Program-made: the position numbers and the translations under genes
Source: a virus
Length of the DNA: 64,000 bases
Virus record (IMG/VR): IMGVR_UViG_3300037153_000324
Span: 1 to 64,000 of that record
Strand: one strand, 5' to 3'
Part shown: positions 38,107-47,974 of the stretch, in pieces
How positions within the stretch are numbered: position 1 is the stretch's first letter
Layout: each line of letters opens with the position of its first letter
The notes under the pieces: generated by a model
What the model saw: the letters and a program-made list of their open reading frames with translations, nothing else
Told to the model about the DNA's origin: nothing
Database searches by the model: none

Positions 38107-39527
38107 TGACCCTGACTGACTTCTCGCTGTACCGCACCCGAAATCAAATTGTGGGCGAGATGCTGGCCGAGCTTCAGGCTGCAATTCCTGATATTTACAT
38201 GGGCGATGACGGAATTATCCGTATCATCTATGAAATTGAATCGGGTCAGTTGGAGAATGTCTTTCTCGCCAATCAGCTTCTTGCCGAGGATATGTGGGTG
38301 CAGAGTGCGTCCTTGCAGGCGCTTGGAAAGTTTGGTGAGCAATACGGAATTTCACAGCGGGAAGGATCGCGTTCCACAGGACAGTTGATTTTTACAGCGG
38401 CCGGTGGAGAGACAATTCCGGCAGGTACGCAAGCTGCGCATGATCCTGGCTTTGGCCTCGATCCTGTCTACTTCGAGAGCACGGATACGGCCGTGGTGCC
38501 TGACACGGGTACTCCTGTTGCTCCGGTTGTTGCTGTAAATGCAACGGCAGGAAATTTGAACGGTTTGTACGAATACGTCGTTACGTATCTGTCTGCTGCG
38601 GGTGAAACACTCCCCTCAGTGGAATCGGCTGCTGTCAATCCGGTTTCGCAACAAGTGAATCTCACCAACATTCCGCTTGGTGGGCCTGGAACGATTGGAC
38701 GGAGAATTTACAGGGACAAGAATGGTGCTGGTATCTATCGTCGGGTAACTGAAATTGCAGATAACACGACGACGATGTTTACCGACAATGTGACGGATAC
38801 CACTGTCGCGTCTAGCTCGTTGGCTCCTTCGGTCGATACTGCACATGCAATTCAGGTAGCAGCGCGAGCCGTTGATCCCGGAACCGAAGGCAACGTCATC
38901 ATTGGGTCAATCACTGAAATTGTATCAGGGCCAGGGTCGATCAGCGCAGTCAACAACCCCGTTGCTTTTGCTGGCGGGAGTGACAGTGAGGACTCAGACG
39001 ATTTCAGAGCACGAATTTTGGACTTCCTGCAAAACCCGCAGACAGGATCAGTTGGCGACTTGAAAGCATGGGCCGAGGAAGTGGAGGGTGTCGGGACAGC
39101 AACCGTCATCGCAAACGACAACTTGGGTACGCCGACAAACGGCCATGTTACCGTTCGCATTGCAGGCCCAAATGGTGAAATTCCTGACGCAGATGTACAA
39201 GCGGACGTTTTGGAAGCACTGCAAGAGCAGGATATTGCCAACATCACAATTCATGTTGGCACGTTTACTCCCGTTGTGCAGAATGTGACGGTTGACGTGA
39301 CGACTTCAGGGACGTATGTTCTCGCTGACGTGACTCCTTCTGTGCAGCAGGCCATTGCAGATTACATTACTACTTTGCAGGTAGGAGACACTCTCAGAAT
39401 TTCAGGTATTGTCGATGCAGTATTCGGATTGGTTGGCATTCTCGATGTAACAGTTACGTCACCGACGAGCAATCAGACGGTTGCTGCAATGAGTAAGTTA
39501 GTTCCTGGGACAATTACAGTAACGTAG
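38106..39527 (+). CDS. baseplate J-like wedge protein with FN3-like insertion
   Basis: GG.D.EDSDDFRARIL, GS..D..AWA..V.GV. Confidence 0.85.
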   Translation: MTLTDFSLYRTRNQIVGEMLAELQAAIPDIYMGDDGIIRIIYEIESGQLENVFLANQLLAEDMWVQSASLQALGKFGEQYGISQREGSRSTGQLIFTAAGGETIPAGTQAAHDPGFGLDPVYFESTDTAVVPDTGTPVAPVVAVNATAGNLNGLYEYVVTYLSAAGETLPSVESAAVNPVSQQVNLTNIPLGGPGTIGRRIYRDKNGAGIYRRVTEIADNTTTMFTDNVTDTTVASSSLAPSVDTAHAIQVAARAVDPGTEGNVIIGSITEIVSGPGSISAVNNPVAFAGGSDSEDSDDFRARILDFLQNPQTGSVGDLKAWAEEVEGVGTATVIANDNLGTPTNGHVTVRIAGPNGEIPDADVQADVLEALQEQDIANITIHVGTFTPVVQNVTVDVTTSGTYVLADVTPSVQQAIADYITTLQVGDTLRISGIVDAVFGLVGILDVTVTSPTSNQTVAAMSKLVPGTITVT

Positions 39528-39537
39528 GAGACAAAAC

Positions 39538-41073
39538 GTGGCAACAAGTGGTGAACCACCTTCAGTAATAGTTCCGCCGAGTATCGACGGCGATCCTCTA
39601 GCTGGTACAACGCTCTACGGCAATGTTGGTGATTGGGCTGGAACCCCAACTCCTGTTTTTGACTATCAGTGGAAGCGGAACGATCAGCCAATTTCAGGTG
39701 CGACGTTACACACATATGTACCAGGAACTCTTGATGTAAACACAACGCTTACGCTTGAAATTCGAGCAACAAATGACTACGGAGTTGCTTTTGCTTCATC
39801 GACTGGACTTTACATTACCAATCCGGCACCTGTGATTCAGAATAATCCTGTTATCAGTGGATCGCAGTTCATTGGAAATACACTGACGACGACAAGCGGC
39901 GATTGGTACAACATTCCTCACGGGTATGCATACCAGTGGAAGCGTGACGGGGCAGATATTCTCGGAGCAACAAGTACGCAGTACGTGCTTGTCTCGGCTG
40001 ATTCAGGTCATACAATTACATGCCAAGTGACCGCTACGAACATGGGTGGATCTGGCGTTGCAGTTTCCAATGGTATTTCAGCAATTACACCCAGTTCTGC
40101 ACCCGTGAATGTTGGCTTGCCTGATATCACTGGCAACCCGAATGTAGGCGCACTTCTTATGGCGCACAATGGGTCATGGGCAAATGGCCCATATGCATTC
40201 ACGCACCAATGGAAACGCGACGGAGTAGTAATTCCTGGCGCGACGGGTAGCAATTATCTTGTTACTGCTGCTGACTTTGGTGGAAGAATCACATTGACTG
40301 TAACTGCGATCAATGTCATTGGTTCAACAATCGCAACATCACAGCCAACTAGCGAAGTAATTATCGAACAGCCGGTATCTCCCGGATTTCAGCCGCAGTT
40401 ACCGCTTGAGCTTCCACCTTCCGATGCTGAATTCGCGTTCATGCAGGAAGAGCCGCCTGGTTTCTTCCCCGAAAACCAAGATTCCAACTTTGGTTTTGTA
40501 ATTCGAAAGATGTGGAGCGATCAGCTTCAGCAAAGCATCGACCAGCAACAACTTCTTTACGGCGAACGCTTTATCGACACGTCAACTGAATTTCTGGACG
40601 AGTGGGAAAAAGACGTTGGTTTGCCACCCGGACGAAACTTGACAGTTACTCAACGGCGTGCGCTCGTCAAATCTCGACTTCGAAAGACCGCGTTCACACG
40701 GACGATGCGGCGGCAAATCGTGGAGGATTTTCTTACCACGATTTACATGCAACCAATTCAGCTATTGCCGCCGGGTGTGCCACTCGTTGCGGACGGTGTG
40801 CCAATCGGTGCTGAGCCTGGTGCGGTGTCTGATTTGTATTCGATCACCGAAATTGTGGAGCAGTTTCACTATGTTGTTGGACTTGCTCCGACAGTCTCCA
40901 TTGACGAGGTTTTGTTGACGCGAGAATTGAATCGAGTTACGCCTGCTGGAATTTCTTTCGACTTCGCGCATTTTGAAATTTTCTCGATCTACCAGGAGTA
41001 TGCCACGTATCAGGAGCTTTACGATGCGTGGGCAACCTACGATGAAATTTTCTCGAACATCTACTCCTACTAG
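39538..41073 (+). CDS. three Ig-like repeats fused to a YmfQ/gpI-like baseplate domain
   Basis: 3x P.I.G...G..L....G.W...(Y/H)QWKR....I.GAT...Y; LDEWEKDVGL...QRR...; PAG. Confidence 0.75.
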   Translation: MATSGEPPSVIVPPSIDGDPLAGTTLYGNVGDWAGTPTPVFDYQWKRNDQPISGATLHTYVPGTLDVNTTLTLEIRATNDYGVAFASSTGLYITNPAPVIQNNPVISGSQFIGNTLTTTSGDWYNIPHGYAYQWKRDGADILGATSTQYVLVSADSGHTITCQVTATNMGGSGVAVSNGISAITPSSAPVNVGLPDITGNPNVGALLMAHNGSWANGPYAFTHQWKRDGVVIPGATGSNYLVTAADFGGRITLTVTAINVIGSTIATSQPTSEVIIEQPVSPGFQPQLPLELPPSDAEFAFMQEEPPGFFPENQDSNFGFVIRKMWSDQLQQSIDQQQLLYGERFIDTSTEFLDEWEKDVGLPPGRNLTVTQRRALVKSRLRKTAFTRTMRRQIVEDFLTTIYMQPIQLLPPGVPLVADGVPIGAEPGAVSDLYSITEIVEQFHYVVGLAPTVSIDEVLLTRELNRVTPAGISFDFAHFEIFSIYQEYATYQELYDAWATYDEIFSNIYSY

Positions 41074-41085
41074 CGAGGAAGTCGA

Positions 41086-41883
41086 ATGCTGACAAGTCCA
41101 CGTCGAGTAATTCCCTATCCGAATCCGGATCGTACAGACCATCCGGATATTCCAACGCACATTCTCAATCTTGTAAATGCACTGGAATTGGATCTGGTCT
41201 ATGCTCAGGGAACGCACGCTTCTCGTCCCGCTAACCCTGGTATTGCCGGTGGCTACTTGTACTGGGAAACAGACACGAACCAATTGTTTTACTGGGATGG
41301 TGTAGCATATACTCTTGTTTCAGGAATTTCACCTACACTAATCGACGCACCGGGCGATTTGATTGTTGGAACTGCCGATAATACTCCTGCGAGACTAGCT
41401 GTAGGATCACTTGGGCAGGTGCTAACACGAATTTCATCTGCTCCGTATGTCGGCTGGCAGGCGCTCCCGGCTGCGCCCGTTGCGCCGGGGACAGAACTTG
41501 ACTACAAGCAGATCACGGCCACAACCGCGCAGATCAATGCGACGACCGAAGCGACTGCCGTTGCGGTCATTACCGGGAACTCGGTGACATACGACGGCAC
41601 GAAGGTCAGGGTCGAGTTCTTCGCCCCGATGGGTATCAGCCAAGCACAGATGACCGTGACGTTCGTTCTCTTGCGGGATGCAACCGTCGTCGGGCAGGCC
41701 AAGAAACAGGTGCCTGCGGCCGGAGATACCGGGATGTATTTCGTGATGCTCGATACACCGTCAGCGGGTGCCCACGTCTACAAGGTTTCGCTGTTCGTCA
41801 GCGTCTCGGCCCATCAAGTCTCAGCCGGTGTGGGCGGCTCAGGGAATCTCGCGCCCGCCTTTCTGCGAGTGACGAAGGTATGA
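41086..41883 (+). CDS. tail fibre/receptor-binding protein 1
   Basis: YWETDT..LFYWDG, GDLIVGTADNTPARLAVG. Confidence 0.7.
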   Translation: MLTSPRRVIPYPNPDRTDHPDIPTHILNLVNALELDLVYAQGTHASRPANPGIAGGYLYWETDTNQLFYWDGVAYTLVSGISPTLIDAPGDLIVGTADNTPARLAVGSLGQVLTRISSAPYVGWQALPAAPVAPGTELDYKQITATTAQINATTEATAVAVITGNSVTYDGTKVRVEFFAPMGISQAQMTVTFVLLRDATVVGQAKKQVPAAGDTGMYFVMLDTPSAGAHVYKVSLFVSVSAHQVSAGVGGSGNLAPAFLRVTKV

Positions 41884-41896
41884 GGAAGGAAAATCA

Positions 41897-42910
41897 ATGC
41901 TGACAAGCGCAAGACGCGGAATTTCGTATCCGAATCCCAATCGGCTTGATACGCCGGATATTCCGACACATATTCAAAATCTTGTAAACGCGCTTGAGCT
42001 TGACGTTGTTTTCGCGCAAGGCACTCATGTTGCTCGTCCTGCCAATCCCGGAATTTCAAATGGCGGCTATATCTATTGGGAGACGGACACCAAGACGCTG
42101 TTTTACTGGGATGGGACGGCGTATCAGAACATGAGCTTTTCAGGAATTGCAAGTCCCTTAGCCGGTGATGCCATCGTGTACGACGGATCGAATTTCGTAA
42201 AATCAAGCGCATACAAGATGAACCCCTCTGGCCTTGCAATTTCAGGAACAGTCGATGGCAGCAAGTTCATGCATGACGATTTTTCATGGCGACCGCTTGC
42301 ACTACCAGTTGCCTCGGGAGTCTCGGGACTTCCTGCAACTCCGCTAGAAGGAACAATTGCATTGCTGAGAACTGCGCACAACGAGGTAGAGCTTTACTAC
42401 AACGTCAGCGATACACGTTGGTATTCGCGAATTGTATCGGCCTATTGGGCTGAGCCTACTGGCTCGTTACCCGGTGGCTCGTTTGCTGTGCTCGGTACGA
42501 GTAACAGACTGCTCCGCTATTTCAAAGAGTTTTACGATGTAGGCTTACGACCGCAAGTGCGATTTCTAACCAGTATTTACGCAAATACGTCTGCACACTC
42601 GACAACATTTTCATTTCGACTTGCGTACTGGTGTTGGGTGGCAGCGGCAACGTCGGGAGTACGAATTGGCGAGAGTGCAACTGCTGTTTCACCTGTCGCA
42701 GTCGGTCAGCAACCTCCGCAATATTTCAGTACCGATTGGCTTGACTTGAATGTAACTGGAACAGCACCGGCTTCTCCTGATGCTTCAATGGTGATCGAAG
42801 CTATGGTATCCGATGCAGGAGCGGGGGGAACAGTTGGGCGAGCAATGACGCAGGGTGCAAATACAGCGGGATTTGGAATTACAACTGAACATCGCTGGCG
42901 GTCGAACTAA
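41897..42910 (+). CDS. tail fibre/receptor-binding protein 2 (N-terminus paralogous to protein 1)
   Basis: first ~80 aa nearly identical to the 41086 protein. Confidence 0.7.
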   Translation: MLTSARRGISYPNPNRLDTPDIPTHIQNLVNALELDVVFAQGTHVARPANPGISNGGYIYWETDTKTLFYWDGTAYQNMSFSGIASPLAGDAIVYDGSNFVKSSAYKMNPSGLAISGTVDGSKFMHDDFSWRPLALPVASGVSGLPATPLEGTIALLRTAHNEVELYYNVSDTRWYSRIVSAYWAEPTGSLPGGSFAVLGTSNRLLRYFKEFYDVGLRPQVRFLTSIYANTSAHSTTFSFRLAYWCWVAAATSGVRIGESATAVSPVAVGQQPPQYFSTDWLDLNVTGTAPASPDASMVIEAMVSDAGAGGTVGRAMTQGANTAGFGITTEHRWRSN

Positions 42911-42925
42911 AAGGAGAGCAGCCTA

Positions 42926-43885
42926 GTGGGCACACGAATCAAGAATTTCGTTTCAACCGGGTTGGCTCCCGACGGTAGATTGTATGCTGGCGACCTGAAT
43001 CGAATTCAGGATCAGTACGCTGATCTGTCAAATTTTGGACAAGCGTTTGCTGCTGGCTCAATTTCACTTGGAGAAGCTGCACTGATCTTGCTGCGTTACG
43101 GAGCAGGAGAAGCGCGTCTCTCAGGTGCGCTGCGGACGGATGGAATTATTCGCGCCTTGGGTGGTGTTTATGCTGGCGCATTTTCCACTGTTCAGCGTGA
43201 TGCAATTCCAGTTGGCTTGCGTCCATTTGGACTCATCATTCTCAACACGACAACGAATCAGCTTGAAATCAACAAGGGCACAGACGATACCCCAAACTGG
43301 CAAACAGTTGGAGCAACATCACAGCAGGTAGCTGGCGGAATTTTACAGAATGGGTTGCTTGCCAATCGGCCAAGCCCATCTGCAATTGGTATCGGAATGT
43401 ATTTTGCAGTAGACCAGAACGTAATTTACTATTCGGATGGCACTGTCTGGCAGAGAATCGGGCCAAGGCCGGGAGACTTGACGCAGACGATGAATGACTC
43501 TGCACAGCCGGGACGAATTCTTTGTCAGGGTCAATTGATCCCTCGCACCGGAGTTTACGCGGATCTGTTCGCTGTATGGGGAACGAAATTTGGTGCTGGC
43601 GATGGTGTTTCAACGTTTGGTGCTCCCGATCTACAGGGTCGTGTGCTTGTTACTGTTGCTCCTGGCGGCAAAGCCGAGGTAAATACAGTTAGTAAAAACG
43701 ATGGCCGTGCAGCTAACCAGCGAAATATCAGCCACACCCACTTGACCTATCGCCTGGAAGGACGTGTGTCTGGCCCTGCTGCGAGCGCAACTGTTATCAC
43801 GGCCTACGATGCGCCGGTTTCAGGCGATGTGAACAACGTAAATTACCCTGCGTACTTTATTGTCAACACGGAGGCGAAGCTCTAA
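42926..43885 (+). CDS. tail collar domain fibre protein
   Basis: LCQGQ...R..YADLFAVWGT.FGAGDG.STF..PDLQGR. Confidence 0.8.
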   Translation: MGTRIKNFVSTGLAPDGRLYAGDLNRIQDQYADLSNFGQAFAAGSISLGEAALILLRYGAGEARLSGALRTDGIIRALGGVYAGAFSTVQRDAIPVGLRPFGLIILNTTTNQLEINKGTDDTPNWQTVGATSQQVAGGILQNGLLANRPSPSAIGIGMYFAVDQNVIYYSDGTVWQRIGPRPGDLTQTMNDSAQPGRILCQGQLIPRTGVYADLFAVWGTKFGAGDGVSTFGAPDLQGRVLVTVAPGGKAEVNTVSKNDGRAANQRNISHTHLTYRLEGRVSGPAASATVITAYDAPVSGDVNNVNYPAYFIVNTEAKL

Positions 43886-44037
43886 TGCCAAATCCCGAAC
43901 GTGATCCGCTTGACACATATTTCACTCGTCTGGCGGAAGTACCGCAAGGTAAGGAAGATCCCAACCCGCAAGATTACACCGATGCAATGGCGAATCTCGA
44001 AAAGCGAATTCAAAAGCTAGAGGAAAAGAGTGATTGA
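43885..44037 (+). CDS. small hypothetical protein
   Basis: TAATG-coupled 50-aa ORF (MPNPERDPLD...). Confidence 0.45.
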   Translation: MPNPERDPLDTYFTRLAEVPQGKEDPNPQDYTDAMANLEKRIQKLEEKSD

Positions 44038-44503
44038 CTCGTACAACATCGAACTTCCTGATTATGAAATTGGTGACTTCGGCTTGAAGCCCGGAGAAGT
44101 CAAGTTCACGTATGACGACGAGATGAAGTCGATCATGCCGGAAGCCGAGAAAGCTTTTGCGCTTATTTTCGAGCAGACTCAGCATGAGCTAGGAATTTCA
44201 CTGAGTATGAAAACAGATGTTGAAATGTCGATTGTTCCGCTTTGGCTAATGGCTGTCTATGGCCCCGGTGATGGTATTGGGCTGCACCGTGAGGGAAGTG
44301 AAAATACCCACACGCTTCTGTGCGCTATGAACGATCTACCGGAAGATGCTGGCGGCGATCTTCAGATCGAAAATCATGATAAGAAGTATGCGCATCGCCG
44401 TGGCCGAGTTGTAATTTTCCCCAGTGATGCGCTGCATGGAAATCAAATGATTACCAAGTCTGTAGTCCGAATAGGACTGGCGGGATTGGTGAGCGTCTTG
44501 TGA
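44030..44503 (+). CDS. 2OG-Fe(II) oxygenase
   Basis: Y.PG..IGLHRE, GGDL, G.VVIFPS..LH......R. Confidence 0.75.
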   Translation: MIDSYNIELPDYEIGDFGLKPGEVKFTYDDEMKSIMPEAEKAFALIFEQTQHELGISLSMKTDVEMSIVPLWLMAVYGPGDGIGLHREGSENTHTLLCAMNDLPEDAGGDLQIENHDKKYAHRRGRVVIFPSDALHGNQMITKSVVRIGLAGLVSVL

Positions 44504-44512
44504 GAAAAACCC

Positions 44513-44749
44513 ATGTACATAATCGCAGCAGTCGGTGACGGATGGCTCGCGGTTGCTGCTGTTATAACGGCAATCGGGGGGATAATTTCAAGTATTGCTG
44601 CCGCAAAAAGAGCTAAGAAAGAAGGGATCGAAGAATCGAATGCAAAATGCCATGAGCGATTGGTCAAGATGCAAGAAGAATCCGAGAGATTGGCTGCTGA
44701 ATTACATCGCATGAAGATGATACATTACGACGAAACCGAGTACGAATGA
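44513..44749 (+). CDS. holin-like membrane protein (TM plus coiled coil)
   Basis: WLAVAAVITAIGGIISSIAA then a charged tail. Confidence 0.55.
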   Translation: MYIIAAVGDGWLAVAAVITAIGGIISSIAAAKRAKKEGIEESNAKCHERLVKMQEESERLAAELHRMKMIHYDETEYE

Positions 44750-45387
44750 AAATATTGCTCTTTTTCTCGGCAGTTTGTTGGATTGCGACGGCAGGACTGG
44801 TCGCTGCAATGAGCCTGAGCGCGGCCCCAGTCGAGACGGTTACGACCACGATTCAAGGCCCGCCAGGAGCCACAGGAGCCACAGGGACGGCCGGAAAGCC
44901 CGGAAAGGCTGGTCAGAAGGGGTCAACCGGAAACGCTGGCTCAGAAGGCCCACAGGGGCCGCAGGGAGTCCAAGGCCCACAGGGCATTCAAGGGCCAATA
45001 GGGCCGACAGGCTCACAGGGAGTTTCAGGTAGCCGTGGAGCACAAGGCTTACAGGGCCTAGCGGGGAAAGCTGGCTCATCTGGCCCACAGGGTGCTCAAG
45101 GTGCTCAGGGAATTTCAGGGCCGAAAGGTGATAAAGGCGACACCGGAGCAACCGGCCCGCAAGGCCCGAAGGGCGACACTGGTTCACAGGGATCGACAGG
45201 CCCACAAGGAGCACAAGGGCCAGTAGGAGCAACTGGGTCAACTGGTGCGACCGGCGCAGCAGGGCCACCGGGAATTCAAGGGCCACCTGGCCCGGTATGT
45301 CCTACGGGTTTTACGCTTCAGACAATTTCAGTACACGAACGCGATCCTGAAGGCACTGCCATAATTTCCGTCTGCGTCCAAGGGTGA
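44746..45387 (+). CDS. signal/TM-anchored collagen-like protein
   Basis: ~48 Gly-X-Y triplets, N-terminal hydrophobic segment, C-terminal CP.GF...VC. Confidence 0.85.
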   Translation: MKILLFFSAVCWIATAGLVAAMSLSAAPVETVTTTIQGPPGATGATGTAGKPGKAGQKGSTGNAGSEGPQGPQGVQGPQGIQGPIGPTGSQGVSGSRGAQGLQGLAGKAGSSGPQGAQGAQGISGPKGDKGDTGATGPQGPKGDTGSQGSTGPQGAQGPVGATGSTGATGAAGPPGIQGPPGPVCPTGFTLQTISVHERDPEGTAIISVCVQG

Positions 45388-46160
45388 ACATGGAACTGAA
45401 GCTTGGAAAAAAGAAATACGAACACGACGAGCGCACATTGATGATGACGAAGTACATTACCGATTTGTGGGCACCGTCGCGATGGGACTTCGATGCCGGT
45501 CGCAACAAATTCATTTCGCGCATGTGGGCAAATGACGACTGGGGCGACTGTGTAATTGCTGGCAGAGCCAATCAGCAAGTGCGGTTGGAAAGAATGGAAC
45601 AACGACGGACAATCATTATCACTGACCAGGACGTAATTTCAAGTTATCAGAACTTGAGTGGAGCCGTCGAGCCGGGAGATAAGAACGATATCGGTATCGA
45701 AGTGATCGACGGAATGCGTGATTGGCGAAACAACGGTTGGAATCTCGGACGACACAATTACAAAATCACGGCCTATGGTGAGCTTGATCCCGGAAATTTT
45801 CAATCGCTTTGCGCAGCTACGTATCATCTCTGCGGAGTCCATTTGGGTTTTTGGCTTCCCAAGTCAGCAGAACAAATGCTCGATGAAGGTGTGTGGGACT
45901 ACGCAGGGCAAAACGGCCCCAATTGGAAGCCTGGTTCCTGGGGTGGGCATCTGACCTATTGCAAGAAATACGATGGGAGTAATTTGTATGTGCTCACTTG
46001 GGGAATGCAAATTCGTGTTACACAGCGTTTTCTCGACCGCTATTGCGATGAAGCATGGGCCGTAGTGGATTCAGCAGACTCATGGCGTTCCAAGAATTCC
46101 ATTGACGTTGACAAGTTGATGAATGATCTTCAGGCAATTTCAACAAAGATCAACAGGTAG
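45384..46160 (+). CDS. papain-like cysteine peptidase (possible endolysin)
   Basis: ND.WGDCVIAG, GGH, TWG motifs. Confidence 0.7.
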   Translation: MNMELKLGKKKYEHDERTLMMTKYITDLWAPSRWDFDAGRNKFISRMWANDDWGDCVIAGRANQQVRLERMEQRRTIIITDQDVISSYQNLSGAVEPGDKNDIGIEVIDGMRDWRNNGWNLGRHNYKITAYGELDPGNFQSLCAATYHLCGVHLGFWLPKSAEQMLDEGVWDYAGQNGPNWKPGSWGGHLTYCKKYDGSNLYVLTWGMQIRVTQRFLDRYCDEAWAVVDSADSWRSKNSIDVDKLMNDLQAISTKINR

Positions 46161-46360
46161 GAGTGAAAATGCGCGGTCTTGTAATTCAACCGCATTTCTG
46201 GTGGTTCGTGATTGCTGTCTGCTTTATCCTGTTCTTGCTATTTGGGAATAACTGGGTAACATAAGAAGTCCGAGGACAGGGGTTTAGGGGCACTCGCGGA
46301 CTGGTAGCTCTGCCTGCAAGAAGCGTAGCTCTCTTTCTACGCAGGGCCGCGAAATACAAA

Positions 46361-46618
46361 ATGAAAGGTGGTGTACAAGTGGTAGAAATTGGCGATACGG
46401 TTACTTACGTTGATCCGGTCGGACAGGAGCACAACGCACTGGTGACAACTGTATTTTCAAGTGGTCATGCCGGTGACGATGGGCCAAAGCCGTCAGTCAA
46501 TCTCGTTTACGTGTCGGACGATGGCACGAAGGCGGATCAGTACGGGCGGCAGATCGAACGATCAACGTCAGTAGTGAACGAGGCAAATCAGGCCGCGCAC
46601 GGGAACTACTGGAAGTAG
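46361..46618 (+). CDS. conserved phage hypothetical protein
   Basis: IGD.V.Y......ALVT.V...VNLVYVS...TSV. Confidence 0.7.
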   Translation: MKGGVQVVEIGDTVTYVDPVGQEHNALVTTVFSSGHAGDDGPKPSVNLVYVSDDGTKADQYGRQIERSTSVVNEANQAAHGNYWK

Positions 46619-46758
46619 CCGTGAAAATGCCTATCAGTGGTGCCGAGCAGGTGCCTTTCGATAGGCACAAATTACAGAAAGGCGGTGATAAAGGTCAACA
46701 ACTAGCTCCACGGGCGCACATACTCGCCTGTGTCTAGTCCCCGAGCAAAGGATATGTT

Positions 46759-47361
46759 TTGAAAATTCTCGCCGTACTAAGCTGCGCTGCCTTCGTCGCC
46801 GGAGGCGGCGTAGTGGCATCAGCGAGTGCTAGCGCCAGCCAGGCGCAGGTAAAAGCACAAATGACCAAACTGAAAATCAAGATCAACTATGCCACTCGGT
46901 TCGTCAAGCACGACCGCTCTGTAATTCGGGCAGGCGTAGAGTGGATTCCATTAGGTGCGAGCGTGCAGATGCTCGATCCCCACCCCAACATGGAATTACA
47001 CCGGAAACACATGCGCACGATGTACAGAATCGTCCGACAGAGCAGGGTAAAGCTGGCAGAATTGCAGAAAGTCTACAGGAGGCTGTATATCAGCCTAACT
47101 CGACCGGCTCATTACACTCAGTGGCTTTGCATTCACCACTTCGAAGGAGCGTGGAATGCGAACACTGGGAATGGGTATTACGGCGGTTTGCAAATGGATT
47201 ACGGCTTTATGTCCACGTACGGTTGGAGTCTGCTGAAATTGAAGGGTACGGCGGACAGGTGGACACCCTTGGAGCAGATGCAGGTCGCTGAGAGAGCCTA
47301 TGCTTCTGGCAGGGGCTTCAACCCCTGGCCGAACACAGCGAGGTACTGCGGGTTACTGTGA
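46759..47361 (+). CDS. secreted Rpf-like (resuscitation-promoting factor) transglycosylase
   Basis: signal peptide; WLCIHHFEG.W..NTGNGYYGGLQM...Q..VAE......G..PWP....CG. Confidence 0.85.
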   Translation: MKILAVLSCAAFVAGGGVVASASASASQAQVKAQMTKLKIKINYATRFVKHDRSVIRAGVEWIPLGASVQMLDPHPNMELHRKHMRTMYRIVRQSRVKLAELQKVYRRLYISLTRPAHYTQWLCIHHFEGAWNANTGNGYYGGLQMDYGFMSTYGWSLLKLKGTADRWTPLEQMQVAERAYASGRGFNPWPNTARYCGLL

Positions 47362-47510
47362 GAAAGGAAATTTGATAAGCTTGAGCGGGGTAGAGTTGAG
47401 TTGCCCGCCCTTCTCGCTCTGCCCCGCTCAGGGCCGATCCTACCTCAGAGGCGTTCCATGCCGGTTCGTGGCGTCCTGAGCCGTCCTGTGCGGCCTCAGA
47501 GGGGGGTGGT

Positions 47511-47540
47511 TTGACAAACTCACAGTGGACGACTTAGATT
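47511..47540 (+). promoter_or_regulatory. canonical sigma70-type promoter
   Basis: TTGACA-N18-TAGATT. Confidence 0.6.
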
Positions 47541-47629
47541 CCCTCCGGGGCCGGACGACCATGTGATACCGGAATCCGGCCCTTATCCCTTTCCTGGCCC
47601 GAAATTTCACCGAGAGGAATGAAGAAATT

Positions 47630-47941
47630 GTGGCTCACGATGCTCCGCACGGACGACAGAAGTCATCGAAATTAGTCAAGAAGCCGCATGTAACCGAGCA
47701 GACGAAATTTGACCTTTGGTTGTCCCAATGCATGAATGACGGGACGCCTGTAATTGTCACTTTTTCGCTCGATCTACAACCGATTTTGGGCGTTAGGACA
47801 ACTCCTTGTTGGGTGCTCGTTGTTGACCGCTATTTTGTCCAATTGGAGCTTATCGATCTGTTCGAAAAATTCGGTGCCGGTGGTAATATCTTCTGGTTTC
47901 CGAAAGACGTTCTCAGGGCGGTTTCTCTTGCAATTTCATAG
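47630..47941 (+). CDS. putative Hfq/Sm-like RNA-binding protein
   Basis: FDLWLSQCMNDGTPVIVTF / VVDRYFVQL / FWFPKDVLRAV resemble the Hfq helix-Sm1-Sm2 pattern by eye. Confidence 0.45.
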   Translation: MAHDAPHGRQKSSKLVKKPHVTEQTKFDLWLSQCMNDGTPVIVTFSLDLQPILGVRTTPCWVLVVDRYFVQLELIDLFEKFGAGGNIFWFPKDVLRAVSLAIS

Positions 47942-47974
47942 TGTTTATTGGTTGCAAGAGCTATGCGCAAAATA

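Noticed and set aside
46620-46758. c-di-AMP (ydaO) riboswitch upstream of the Rpf-like gene
   Set aside because: Hairpins are present but I could not find the ydaO consensus segments; needs an Infernal search.
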